The position numbers and the translations under genes were made by a program. A stretch of 64,000 nucleotides of DNA from assembly GCA_951406725.2 (NCBI GenBank), contig OX597815.1, forward strand, positions 30,070,001-30,134,000, written 5' to 3'. This document shows positions 41,327 to 54,315 of this stretch, piece after piece; the stretch's first letter is position 1, and each line of letters starts with the position of its first letter. Source of the DNA: Octopus vulgaris (lineage: Eukaryota). The notes beneath the pieces are model-generated. The model worked only from the letters and a program-made list of their open reading frames with translations. It did no database searches and had not been told where the DNA came from.

Positions 41327-41893
41327 TATGTATACTAAATATCACTGTATAATATCTCAATTTCCTTCTGGTTGTTGTTGTAGGTCGAGCGGTGGTAATA
41401 TTAGTGGTATACGAAAGAGGACATTCTTCCTGTTCGGCTTCTGTAACTGAGAGCAAGGTTATTATTTTTGCTATCCTCGGGGCCAAAATCGCTGGTAGGA
41501 CTAGCGATATCCAAGAACTCTACGCTCGACGAAGTTTTTGTTTTGTTGCTATCTCTGCTCTTGTCCACGTTGTCTTTGTGTAGAGAGCTATCAAAAGACG
41601 CTCACTTGTACATGTATAGCAGTGTGTCTTTTTGTCCTGTACTATCTATCTCATCGCATTTTTGTTTGTTATCACAATAGGATGTAGATCTGGGCTTCTG
41701 TGGTGTTTGCACATCATCAGCACTAACAGGATCATGAAAATCTCACCGACAGCATATCATTCCTTGTCATCTTAGTACAAACCACTTGACTGTATGTTAC
41801 TGTATTTTACCATCAAAGTACAACGGGTCAACGCCTCGAAAAATGTTCTATTGAAAAGTTTCATGAAATGTGGGACTCACACATGCGCACATA

Positions 41894-41944
<51 letters not shown>

Positions 41945-44112
41945 ACAGAGACAGATAGAGAGAGAGAGAGAGAGAGAGGGGGGTTGTTTTATTACCTTGA
42001 AGAACTGAAAGGTATCAGAGTTAGTTTAGTAAACCCTTGTAATTAAGCCAAGACAAACAGATTTAAACATTTGTCCTTATGTGTTACAAAGATGATTGTT
42101 GCAACGATATTTTCATATACTTTGTTTTCTAAAATTAGATAGCAAATTTGGCCATCGTAAAGGGAAAAAAGGAAAAGAAAAACTAAAAAAGACACTCTAA
42201 TAAAATATTTTAATTTATCAAGTTTATAACAAGTTATTATATACTTGGTCAAACATCAGAAAAATATGAGCCATGTCGTGCGAAATCATTTTGAACCATT
42301 ATGAGGGCACAAGTCTTCTTAAAGATGTAGCCAAATCTTGCTCAAACTTTAGTCTACTGTCGTAAATGAGTCTTGGATGTCAGAAAACAAGACAACAAAC
42401 CAAAGTATTCTACAGGGAACACAAAACATCAAAACTAACTCACATGTTGCGGACAGATCACATGCTCAGTCTGCCTACACAAAGAAACAACGCTATTAAA
42501 AATGAAAGCTCATCTGGGCATACTAAGGATAAGCGAATTGTTGCAACAGTAAGTCATAATCGTCATCATTGTAGGCAAAAACCATCTCGAAATATCTAGA
42601 CACATCTGCAACGCAAGAGAACACTACTGTAATAGCATCCACAAACCTCTGTGTCCACACTTATTTACGCCATATCAGAACAAGATTACAATGCCTTAGA
42701 ATAATACCGCAAAACTACCCTAAAATCACAGTCTCTCTCTCTCTCTCTCTCTCTGCTTAGACAAAGAGGAAAAGAAAAGCATGCATGGAAATATCAGAAA
42801 CATCAATAACCTTTGTGTTCCCAAACTCTGTAATGGATCTAAAATAACATCAGTTTTCCAAATGAGTCCAAATTGCAGTCCCAATGCTGAGAGGAGTACT
42901 AGAACTCTACAACTGTACAGAAGTAAATGAACTGCCGAATATGCATAACATATCCACTGTATCACTCTGTACGCCATCCCATTATCCACAACTTGTCGGA
43001 ATGTGAAAAATGTTATCTTCAACCGAGTTCATATTTTACTATGCATTTTATGTATCAATAACATCATAATTTTCATGAAAATCTTTTATTTATCTCATGA
43101 CAGTGTGATAAGTAGAGTCGATAGCTAGGAGTCATAAAGGTTGAAGCTGATGGTTGATAAGTCTTTTTGATCATTTTAAATCAGCACTACAACAAATTTA
43201 CAAACAATCAATTATTACATAGTGCTTATATTTGTAAACTCTACCCTTCACTAGCACAAGTTTGCATCTAAACGAGCGAGAACATTAAGAGCCCTGTATG
43301 TTGTTTATGCGCTTGTGCTGGAATAAATCTCTTAATTTGCTCTGGATCACTGGCAGTTCCTACTATCCAGCAGTATATTGAGGTAAAAGCAATCGACTTC
43401 AAATATTTTTTTTTCTTACTAAGAAACATCGATCACCAACAAAAGTTCATACAGCCCGTGTTTCTTTACACAAAAGCTGTCATTCTGTCATGCTACTTTT
43501 CGTTTGTAGTATAAAGTCCCTGTTTATGATAGATATCTTTATATCAACCCTCTTAATGATATTTACCACAAAGGAAATAAAATATTTAGCCTGTATCGCC
43601 AGAATATATCCATGAATCAACTCTGCGTAATATAAATGTTGACTTTGATATGACAATGGAATATAACCAGAGTCAATATTACATAGATTGCGAAAGTGTG
43701 TGTGTGTGTGATATTTATTTATTTGGGAAGGAAAGAGAAATCTATAACAAAAGCACCAGAAGCAAACAAACAGAATATAGGCGAATAACAACAGAATTAA
43801 TCATCACTCTACAACAGTAACAATGATTATTGTTTGTTTTATCAGCAAACTTTACAAGCCGAGAGTATTTAAACTAGAGATAAAATTGCATAGATAAAAT
43901 ATCACTAACTTCACTCAAAGGCCGGGTTTTGTGGTAGTTCTTTCGTATTTGCAAACTTAATTAACACTTTACAAAACGATTCCTTTTCCAGTCACTCGAG
44001 TAATTAACAAACCGTGAACTCGATATCTATTATCTTTTTCAATATTTATAGTTAACTGTATGATTTATATAATTACGAAAAAAAAAAAAAGAAAAAGAAA
44101 AGAATATAATAA

Positions 44113-44700
44113 CAATGGTTTCTAATGTAGGCATAAGGCTATACATATTTTGGCGAGAGGGAATAGCTGATTATACTGACCAAGTCATTGATTGCAACTT
44201 ATTTTATGGTTCCCGAAAGGATGAAAGGCAATGCCGACCTTTGGGAAATTTGAACTACGAACGTAAAATAATGTAATTAAATCATTAATTCCAGCACTTC
44301 AGTAACTTTGCCAAACAAAGCTCAAATTATCCGTTACTAATTTAGGCTCAAGGCTAGTAATTTTGAGAGCGGGTTGGTTAAATCGATATCATTAGCCTCA
44401 GTATGTGTCTGGTATTTCATAGTACCAATCTCGAAAGGACAAAAGGCAGGATTTGAAACCAGAACGTAAATGGCATTTTTCCAAAATTCTTACTGTTTTC
44501 CAATCAAACACCCTTACAGTCTCAAATGTTGGTACAAGGCCAGTAAGTTAATCGATGGTGCTAGTACTTTATTTCATTCACACCAGAAAGAGAGAAAGCA
44601 AAGTTGATCTCGGAGAGAATTTAGGTGAAGAACCAGTGTAAATACCTCGGGAATTATGTCCCACGCTATAACGGTTTTATCAACTCATAACCCTTAATCC
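44113..44700 (-). mobile_element. Three old family B-like SINE units in tandem
   Basis: CGAAAGGATGAAAGGCAA-like motifs at about 44215, 44432 and 44585, each preceded by a similar tail (AAT.TAGGC...AAGGC). Confidence 0.6.
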
Positions 44701-44978
44701 TCGTCATAGTAATGACAGTATTGCATGTCATTGACGAATGATACTTTAGGGTACAGTGTGTTAGAAATGTCAATGATACTTTTTAAAATTTCAATTAGGT
44801 AAAACCGTTTTCTTAATTCCAGTATTTCAAATATCTCTATCAAACGGTTTCAAACCAACAAGGAAAACGCTAGTCATTAACTGGACCTGTTAGAAAAAGC
44901 AGCCAAACTCCCATAAAGAGAGGTCAGAAAAGTGAAGAATGACAGAAGATGGCAAAAAATTACTTGTTTCGCAAGTGT

Positions 44979-45064
<86 letters not shown>

Positions 45065-45336
45065 GACTAGATTATAAGAAAAACGACACTTTGATAGCTA
45101 GTAGATGTGAGGCTGGAGAGGGAAAGAGACTGAAGTTGAGAAGGAAGTGAGGGATTAGAACAGCATTTTTGTGGTCAGTGACTGCGGAAAACAGGTTGTC
45201 AATAATATTATTTACATTTATGTATGGATGTAAATGAACGAAGCGTCGTAATCAGATTACTGTCTGGGAAATGTTCATATATTGGACACATGATGTATAT
45301 ATTAACATATGTACGAGTAGTAGACGCACAGATATG

Positions 45337-45382
<46 letters not shown>

Positions 45383-45687
45383 TCATACATATAAATACAC
45401 ACGAGGTAAAAAAATATATGCATAACTGAAGCCGGGATCCTAGGTCGCAGGTTTCTTCGCACAGCGAATACGCGCAGAGGAGTAATTGATCTCCCGGTAA
45501 ACATATGACTAATGCACACACAAAAAATATTTCTACAATGGTGTAGGCATGGCTCTGTGGTTAACAAGCTCGCTTTATCACTACTGTGATATACCATCGG
45601 GCCGATTAATGATTCGTGTGTGTATTTGGTTGACGGAAGCCGCGTTGAAATCGTCGCATATATGAGACAACATATATGAGACAGCGT

Positions 45688-45822
45688 GAAGGAGTACGAT
45701 TGGACATTATTTTCAGTCACTACAGTTGTTTCTACGCAACGTAGTTCCCCTGCACACCTACAGAACTACGTAGCGTAGAAACAGTTGTAGTGATTGAAAA
45801 TAATGTTCAAACGCACTCCTTC
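45688..45822. repeat. Inverted repeat (about 60-bp arms, 15-nt loop)
   Basis: GAAGGAGTACGATTGGACATTATTTTCAGTCACTACAGTTGTTTCTACGCAACGTAGTTC pairs with 45763-45822. Confidence 0.9.
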
Positions 45823-46005
45823 TTGCCGACTCTAAATTGTTTGAGTTACCTGTTCACACACGACAGAAACCAAAAGGCAAAGCTGGAAGTACGTATAATA
45901 CAACTTCTGGATTGCGCAGGGTGAAATCTGAAGGTGGATGAGCTTTATACTGCACTCTACTACGTTCTACTACGTTCACATATGTGCGTGTGTGTGAAGG
46001 CGCAA

Positions 46006-46390
46006 TTACTATGAAGTTGACCGTTATTAAGACAAACAAGTGAGCTATTAGAATAAAGGGAAAAACCGGAAAGGGGAGAAAGTAAAAACTGGTCATAGGG
46101 TTCACGTAAGCGCGCATGTACATACATACACATGGGTGCACGCATACCCATGTACATGTGCATATATACATATGCTCACTCACACTCGCGTGAAACACAT
46201 ACATGTGAGTGAGCATATGTATACATGCACATGTACATGGGTGTGCGTGCACGCATGTGCATTATGTACATGCGCGCTTACGCGAATCCTATGAGCAGTT
46301 TTTACTTTCTCTCCTTCCCGGTTTTTCCCTTTACTTAACGGTCATTCTAATAGCTTTTTAGTTTGTCTTAATCGGTCAACTTCATAGTAA
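46006..46390. repeat. Inverted repeat (about 125-bp arms) around an alternating purine/pyrimidine spacer
   Basis: ATTACTATGAAGTTGACCG...GTAAGCGCGCATGTACAT (46006-46121) is inverted at 46264-46390. Confidence 0.85.
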
Positions 46391-46435
46391 TTTTCATTTG
46401 TTTAACGGTTATTTTATAGCATTTTTGTTTTGTCT

Positions 46436-46498
46436 TAATAACTGACGAGATGCCGGAGCAGTTTTCCGCCCGGAGATCCGAAACTCGGAGTTTTATTA
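46436..46498 (+). ncRNA. Type I hammerhead ribozyme in a Penelope-like terminal repeat
   Basis: UAAUAA-CUGACGA-[GAUGCCGG...CCGGAGAUCC]-GAA-ACUC-G-GAGU-U-UUAUUA: perfect 6-bp stem I, intact core, quasi-palindromic stem III, GUU triplet; the base of stem II is imperfect. Confidence 0.72.
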
Positions 46499-46670
46499 TA
46501 GCAACCGAATAATTGTCACATATAATTTTGACAGGTAAATTCCTCTATTTACATAATATCGAGGTCTCATTCATTCTTTTGTTGTCATACTATTCCTATT
46601 AATATATATATATATATATATATTCATATATTAATCGAAGTGCACAGTATTATATATGCAGTATTATACG

Positions 46671-46709
<39 letters not shown>

Positions 46710-48619
46710 GTATTTATGTGTGCTTTGCATCTGTGTTTGCACCCGACCATCGCTTGACAACCGGTGTAGTTTTTTAGACTCCTGTAACTTAGAGATTCAG
46801 CATAAGAGATTGATAGAATAAGTACCGGAGTCAATTTGTTCCACCAAAAGAAAAAAAAATACCTTGAAAGCGGTGCCCCAGCATGGCCGGAGTCTAATGA
46901 CTCATTGATGCAAAATATAAACTAACAGTATTTTGCATAATACATCTAGAGAAATACAGAAATAATATGAGTAGGAGTAAGAAGAAGAGGAGGAGACAGA
47001 GAAAAGCTTACTCAGAACTAAGAGAGATGCTTCTCCTGTTTCAGCAAAGGCTATGATCATGCTCGTCTTATTCTGACTAAGCCATAAAAGTGTCACTAGC
47101 ATCCTCGAAATAAAGCATGAAAATTCCCGATTTCATTTCATTCTCTCTCAGCAAGTTGACTTTTAGTAACATTTGATCACTGAGCAATGACTCGCCGTAC
47201 ATTTGCTATGTTAACTCATCGATGTTAACCCTTTTCTATCATTAGTTTTATCATTGATTTGCGAACTTCATTTGAAGGGAAAGTACATGTGACGTTTATT
47301 TCTTTCCCAACGCTGTTAGCTACCAAATAGAAGTAATATGTAATTTCAAGTTAAATTCTGAATCCAAAGATACTAGTAGTGATCTTGTATGGGGAAAAGT
47401 TAATCCATAAATGTCAGTGGATGAAAAATAAAAGTTGTAAGCTTCTTAGCACTTCTAGTATTTAGATTTTACTTCTCACCGCAAATCAAGCAGCTGCATT
47501 ATATTAATACTTTTACAACTTACAGATCGAGACTTACTTTAATATCATAGCTTTCACTCATCACTGTGAATTGCAGGTATCACTTGTTATTGTTATTTTT
47601 AACTATAGGTTAGCTCTGATAGATTAGACATACGATGAAAGGTATCTTAGCTATGACTAGCCCTCTTAGCTCTTTATATAGTGCATATAGAACAGTGTAG
47701 GGGTGATAAGACCGCATAATTTAGAAGTTAGTTTTGCAACCATGAAGTCCTACAGTGTGGCATCTGAGGCAAATATCATTTTCTATATGACCTCGGGTAG
47801 ATCCATGCCTTATGAGTGAAACTGGGTAGATGGAAAATGTATAGAAACTCATCGGATGGATTCTACCTACAACAGAAAATGCTACAACTTTGTCACAAAT
47901 TGTGCACAATTCTGTCCGAAAATGACGTTAATGATACCCGTGTTTGTGGAATGCTCAACCGATTATTAATTCAAGAGCGGGTAATTCAGTTGATCGTGCA
48001 ATAGAAACTTCCTTATCGAATGACGGAGATCCACTATCATATAAATCTACTTTATTCAATGTGGGGTCTCCTATAGCAAAGCCACGAAATCATAAGATAA
48101 AAAAAAAAGATTGCATGTTAATCTTACTTTATGCGAATGCATTACAGACAAATATGAAAAGGCGTTAGACGAAAAGCAAGCCTAATTTACAGAATCTTGG
48201 AGCTTGCTCTATGTAAAATGATCATAATTCAGTGCTTGACCAAATATTTAGAAAGACAAGGACATTATATGATGTTCATTCCTTTATCAACTATATGAGT
48301 GGCGACACTCGGTGGACAACTCGGTTTCCCAAGAGATAAATATCTGATCGCGTAAATGACGTACAGGTATATTGAATATACCACAATTTCAGCAAAACAT
48401 TTGGAAAAGACATTTTTAGCATGTAATATAGAACCAGCTTCGCACATGGAACGCGCGTTAATTTTTTAAGGCAGTTTTTTTAAAAATAAAAATAGCGCAT
48501 CTTAATGTGTCATTAAATGCGGCACGTTATTCACCGAGACACTTGAACAAAGAGGGGTTCATTATTTACATTTGCATTATTTACATTTGACGGATATTTG
48601 TCAATTTCGAACCTGGGTG

Positions 48620-49213
48620 TTTTTCGGAATGCTCACAGCAGCCATATTCCTACCGCTCTATGTCACGCTGGTGAGACCTATATTGGAGTACGGGATTCAA
48701 GCCTCTTCTCCTTATCTCTTCAAAGACATACAACATCTCGAAAGAGTCCAGAAGCTGGCTACCCACATGGTTCTTGGTCTCAAGCATTTGTCTTATGAAG
48801 AAAGGCTGAAGACGCTCGACCTTTATTCTCTAGAAAAACGACGCCGCCGTGGTGATCTCATTCTTGCTCACAACATCATAAGCGAAAAGTGTAACCTCTC
48901 GAAAGAGCTGTTCTTCACTCCTGCTCCAGAGTGTCGGCTGCGAGGTCACTCCGAAAAGCTCTATCTGCGACGATTTCATCTCAATCGAAGGAGAAGGGCT
49001 TTCTCCGTCCGGGTTGCGGATCCGTGGAGTAAGCTGCCGGACGAGATAGTGAAGATGCCGACGACCGCTCGGTTCAAAGTCTCCCTTGACCACAAATGGC
49101 CTGAACTCTTTACATGAACACCACCCTGTACTTAACTCCATGTCCCCCTACAAGGCTTCGCTTTTTGCTTTTTGAGCCAAAGCATTAAGTAGCTAGCTAA
49201 CTAACTAACTAAC
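48620..49213 (+). mobile_element. 5'-truncated CR1-clade LINE (ORF2 C-terminus, 3' UTR and (CTAA)n tail)
   Basis: LYVTLVRPILEYG...LERVQKLAT...LSYEERLKTLDLYSLEKRRRRGDLI...LRGHSEKL...FSVRVADPWSKLP. Confidence 0.9.
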
Positions 49214-49619
49214 ATAAGCTGATGTACCTTCCTACAAACGTCTTGATAACTTTCACACTCGGTTGAATATGACTCTAGTTTCTTTTGCAGGGTGCCTCAC
49301 GCTGTATCTCTCATTGCAAAAATAGGCGCAAGCATGACTGTGTGGTTAAGAAGCTCGCGTTGCTAACACGTGGTTTCGGGATCAATCCCACTACACGGTA
49401 TCTTGATCCCCAGGCTCACCAGCGGTTTATGAGCGATTTGGTAGGCGGAAACAGTATCGTCCTGGTGAATTGCCATCATTATGATGGTGTAGCTTAAATT
49501 GAAAAGGAAAAACAATGGTCAGAAGATATTATCTTGGTTTGCTGCCAGATAAGCTTTTATTTATTCATTTATTTTATTCCTGAATGATATATCTATTTGC
49601 TCATCGTATATTTGTATAT

Positions 49620-49835
49620 ATGCAAAATTCCCTTTTCTTCCTGGGAAGACAAAGCATCAGAATGCAGAACCTGGCGCCAGTCCTGCTTCTCCTCAGTTCG
49701 AAGATTTGAACAAAGTCGACCAGCATGGGGACCAACTTCAGGCAAACTGCCAAAATACCGCTTCTCTAAAAGAAAACCTTACGTGTCGTTGTGGCTTTGT
49801 GGTATGGAGCCTTGCTGTCCACTCAAGAAAACAGC
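49620..49835 (+). mobile_element. Degenerate RTE-clade LINE C-terminal relic
   Basis: IPFSSWEDKASECRTWRQSCFSSVRRFEQSR, then after a frameshift LTCRCGF...LAVHSR, matching the RTE pattern WE..A..R..WR / C..CG..L..H.R. Confidence 0.55.
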
Positions 49836-50006
49836 AAGTAAATGATCCAGAAGCACTCAAACAAACTGTGTGCTCAACTTGTTCCATTTACCAAAATGTT
49901 TGTAAGGCACTATCAGGCTTCAAGTGACACATTCATATTCATAAAACATGATTACAGCCTTATTTTACTGAACCCTCATTTGTCGTTCACGACGAGAGAA
50001 TCCATC

Positions 50007-50068
<62 letters not shown>

Positions 50069-50079
50069 TCTCTCTCTTT

Positions 50080-50315
50080 CTCTTTTACTCTTTTACTTGT
50101 TTCAGTCATTTGACTGCGGCCATGCTGGAGCACCGCCTTTAGTCGAACAAATCGACCCCAGGACTTACTCTTTGTAAGCCTAGTACTTATTCTATCGGTC
50201 TTCTTTGCCGAACTGCTAAGTTACGGAGATGTAAACACACCATCATCGGTTGTCAAGCAATGCTAGGGGGACAAACACAGACACACAAACATATACACAC
50301 ACCCATATATATACA

Positions 50316-50348
<33 letters not shown>

Positions 50349-50360
50349 GTATATATATAC

Positions 50361-50409
<49 letters not shown>

Positions 50410-50535
50410 ACGGGCTTCTTTAAGTTTCCGTCTACCAAATTCACTCACAAGGCTTTGGTCGGCCCGAGGCTATAGTAGAAGACACTTGCCCAAGGCGCAG
50501 TGGGAATGAACCCGGGACCATGTGGTTTGTAAGCA
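50080..50535 (-). mobile_element. SINE family A, followed by an inverted old tail fragment (50540-50680)
   Basis: Clear family match. Confidence 0.88.
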
Positions 50536-51083
50536 AATTTGTCTGTTGTTTGTCTTCCACCTCTGTATGACAACGGCGTACAGTTAGATAAAAGACCGAT
50601 AGCATATGTATCGACTAAACCCTACAAGATAGTGCCCAGTATGGCCGAAGATCTATGACTGAAACAAGTATAAGATACGAAGATGTCATACTTCGAAGTT
50701 TCCTTACCAGACAACAATGTACCGATTACTGTAATTACATGATGTATACTTAGCAGACACTTGGGTGAAGAAATCTATCGTTGTGCATTAAGGATTTGAA
50801 CATAGACTGTGATAGCCTCTTACTCTGATCAATTACCTTTTTCTGGCAATCAGCATAACGTATCTTAAATGACTTTAAATATACCAACAAGTAACATATT
50901 CTTAGTGCAATCAAACGAAAGAACAAACGGTAAAATTTCGTTTAAGATCTTTCGATAAAATTCTGGTATTAAATTCGTTGTCAGTATTTTCAGAATTGTC
51001 TGCATATGTAACCATGACTGTGCGTAAGTATAAATATAACAACATATATACATACACATGTGTGTGTGTATGTGTGTGTACGT

Positions 51084-51135
<52 letters not shown>

Positions 51136-51313
51136 ATGCACATAAATACATAAGTACACACACATGTATGTATGTATGTATGTATTAAGATTGTGTATTG
51201 TGCTGATATGGGAGGACTGCTTTTAGAGACAAATTAGAACGTCCAAGTAGCTGAAGAAAACGTACAGACACACGCATATACATATATACATACATACATA
51301 CATCACATACATA

Positions 51314-51357
<44 letters not shown>

Positions 51358-52334
51358 TTATATACATGACTATATGTATATATGTATATAGGTATGTATG
51401 CATGTATGTATGTATTTATATATATATATATATACATACATATATAAGCACACACACACACACGTATATATATATGCATATATTCATATGAATATATGTG
51501 TGCAGATATATATGTGTATATTTGCATTTATATGTGCACACATATATACACATATAACGCGTGTGTATAAATGTATGTATGTATGTACGTATATTTATGT
51601 GTCTGCGTGAGTACGTCTACATGTCTTTGTGTATTTATCAAGGCACACATACATACAGACACACACATGCACACACGCACACACACGCAGTGATCATCTG
51701 TGAGGAAAGAATCAAATAAGAAATCAACAAGCAGATAAATAAATATATAAATATATATAAAAAAAAAATTATCTGGCAGTAAACCAAGATAATATCTTCA
51801 GACCATTGTTTTCTCTTTTCAATTTAAGCAACACCATCATAATGATGGCAATTCACCAGGACGATGCTGTTACCAAAATTGTGATTGAAAATAATTATGA
51901 TCAGTACTCAACGAAAATATACTGGTAGGATGCGTGAAATAAATATCTTGTAACAAAATTCACTTTGAAATAGTTACTACATTGCTGGCCCGGCGAATAT
52001 TTTTAACTTAGAAATCTTTTATCTCTATGATTTTCTTAATGGTATATATATATATATATTCGTTTGGACGTTTGAAACAGAAACAAATACACTTAAAATG
52101 AAAGCCGACCTGCTTTAACTTCTCAAAAAGTGTTTTATCAATACTTGTTTGCTTTGGGTTCGAGTTCTAACAGCTGAATCCTCTTTTGGTCGCACAGAAA
52201 TGTTCATTTTTTCAAGGCGAAATGAAGCTCTTATTGGTGATGTTGTAAAATGTTCTGTTGATTATTGTCTCTTCAGAAGTAAGACATAATCCTCATTGGT
52301 GGTAAATGAAGAAATGAATGCTGTTAACTATGTA

Positions 52335-52930
52335 TAGCGTGGCTCTGTGGTTAAAAAGCTCTCTTTGCAACCGTGTGGTTTCAGGTTCAGTCCCATAGAG
52401 TATCACCTTGGACAAGTATATTTTACTATAGCTGCAAGTCAACCAAACCTATGTTAGTCAATTTGGAAATTGGGCGGAAGCCCGTCATATACATCTATAT
52501 CTTTACTATTATGTTAAACTATCTGGTTCTTTTCGTCAAACAATCGTATCTCCAGCTGCTTCAGATGCCAAGATATCAACAATTGTCAAAGTATAGTACA
52601 ACTGCTTTGCTATGGAATGGTGAGTCTATTTTTTCGTTTTCTGAAAAAAAAAAAACACCAACGTTTTGGACTTACGACACTTTTGCGTAATAGCAACGAA
52701 TGTATGTATGTATGTATGTATGTATGTATGTATGTATGTATGTATGTATGTGTGTATGTGTGTCTTTGTGTCAGTGTTTGGCCAGTGTTTGGACAATAGA
52801 TGTTGATTAGCTTACATCCCCTTAATTTAAAAGTTCGTAAAAGTGACCAATAGGATAAGTGCATCACTTAACGAATAATACTGGGGTCAATTTGTTCGAC
52901 TAAATCCCTTCAAGGCTGTACCCCAGCGGC
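52335..52930 (+). mobile_element. Old SINE family A with about 200 bp inserted in its internal tract
   Basis: Head at 52335-52490, tail at 52760-52930. Confidence 0.6.
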
Positions 52931-54211
52931 CCCATTTCTCTTTTTTGAGAAAACTTAGGTATCACAACATACTTTATTTTTTCGATGTAGACATTTAAGT
53001 GTGCGTGTGTCTAGCGAAAAGAAACTGGCACTTAAAATTGATAGAGTACCGAGTACTCCAGCGTTTGAAGTTTTTCGGAAAATCATAAGCCTGATTTCCA
53101 TTTCTGGACAGAATTTCATATTTTCGTCACTAGTATTTTAATCTAAGATTGTTCTCAGTGCATAAATCAATTTAGTTGTAGCGTGATTACATTTCGCGCA
53201 AATCAATAGATACTTTGTTTACCGTTTTCTCTATCGGAACAAACATGTTTGTCGTGGCTTAAAATGTCCCGACTACTCGTGACTGAGGAGACCAAATCAT
53301 GTCAAAACGCCGTGTCTGATAAAACACCGACGTTCACAAAGAAGTTTCGTGCAAGTCTATGAGGAATTATCTCCGTGACAAAACGTTATAGTTGGTGCCA
53401 TTCCACGTCTGTGTACACATAAATGCGTCCATGGTATTTTAATCTGCAGTTGTTTCAAGCTCGTATATTAACTTAATTTAATTCTCTTTATAACATCATA
53501 TGCCTTAAGCAATGCAACCAATATTACTATTTTAACTCGGATATTTGTTATTCTCTGAATAGTTACTGCTTAGCCCTAGTCATTCCTAGCAAAGTCTTTC
53601 CTCCATGACCAGCCATCATATTTCCACCATGGTATAGCAAATGACACATTATTTAGTGTATTTAATTGCCATGGTGTAATTTAAGGCAGATGTAGCTGCT
53701 ATTTTTAGCAGGTCAAATGGCTACCTGAAGAAACCCTCCTCAGCTTCACTTCCGGTTGGTTACGAAGACCTGATAAATCAGTCAATGAAACAGCTGATTT
53801 CACACCGGTGTATAACTAGCTGTGTGGTTATCATGTTTAGTTCTCAGTCATGTGGTTCTGCTTTCGATCCCACTGTGCAGTGTTTTTCTTAAATGATTTT
53901 CACCATAGTCTCGAGTTTTCAATATAAAACCTTAAGCAGGAGAAGATGTAGGGGGCTGCTAGGAAAATGTGAAAGCTGCTGATGTAAACTGTTTCCTGGT
54001 CTGACGATGTTATACGGACAGAAACAGTGACTGCTGGGTTTGTAGATAAGGAGCAGGTAGAGAGTAGTAATTCGAATGTAGATGTGTCTCTCTAGGTTAT
54101 GCTTTCAGATTCTTATTAAATTCTTTTGTCTGGTAGATGGGTTTGGGCCCTTGACCTTCAGAAGACCTCGAAAATGAAATAGCGTAATTTACAGATACAC
54201 ACGCACAGACA

Positions 54212-54246
<35 letters not shown>

Positions 54247-54315
54247 TGATGATTATTAACAATACCATACATACTTTATGGCGAAGATGAAAGAGAGAGC
54301 GACAGGAAAATATAT

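Noticed and set aside
42726-43022. 98-aa hydrophobic ORF
   Set aside because: Non-ATG start, ends in a (GA)n repeat, no recognisable family or splice context.
53275-53325. CTGAGGA-GAC...GTC-AAAAC hammerhead-like motif
   Set aside because: Catalytic G12 is absent and stems I and III are not convincing.
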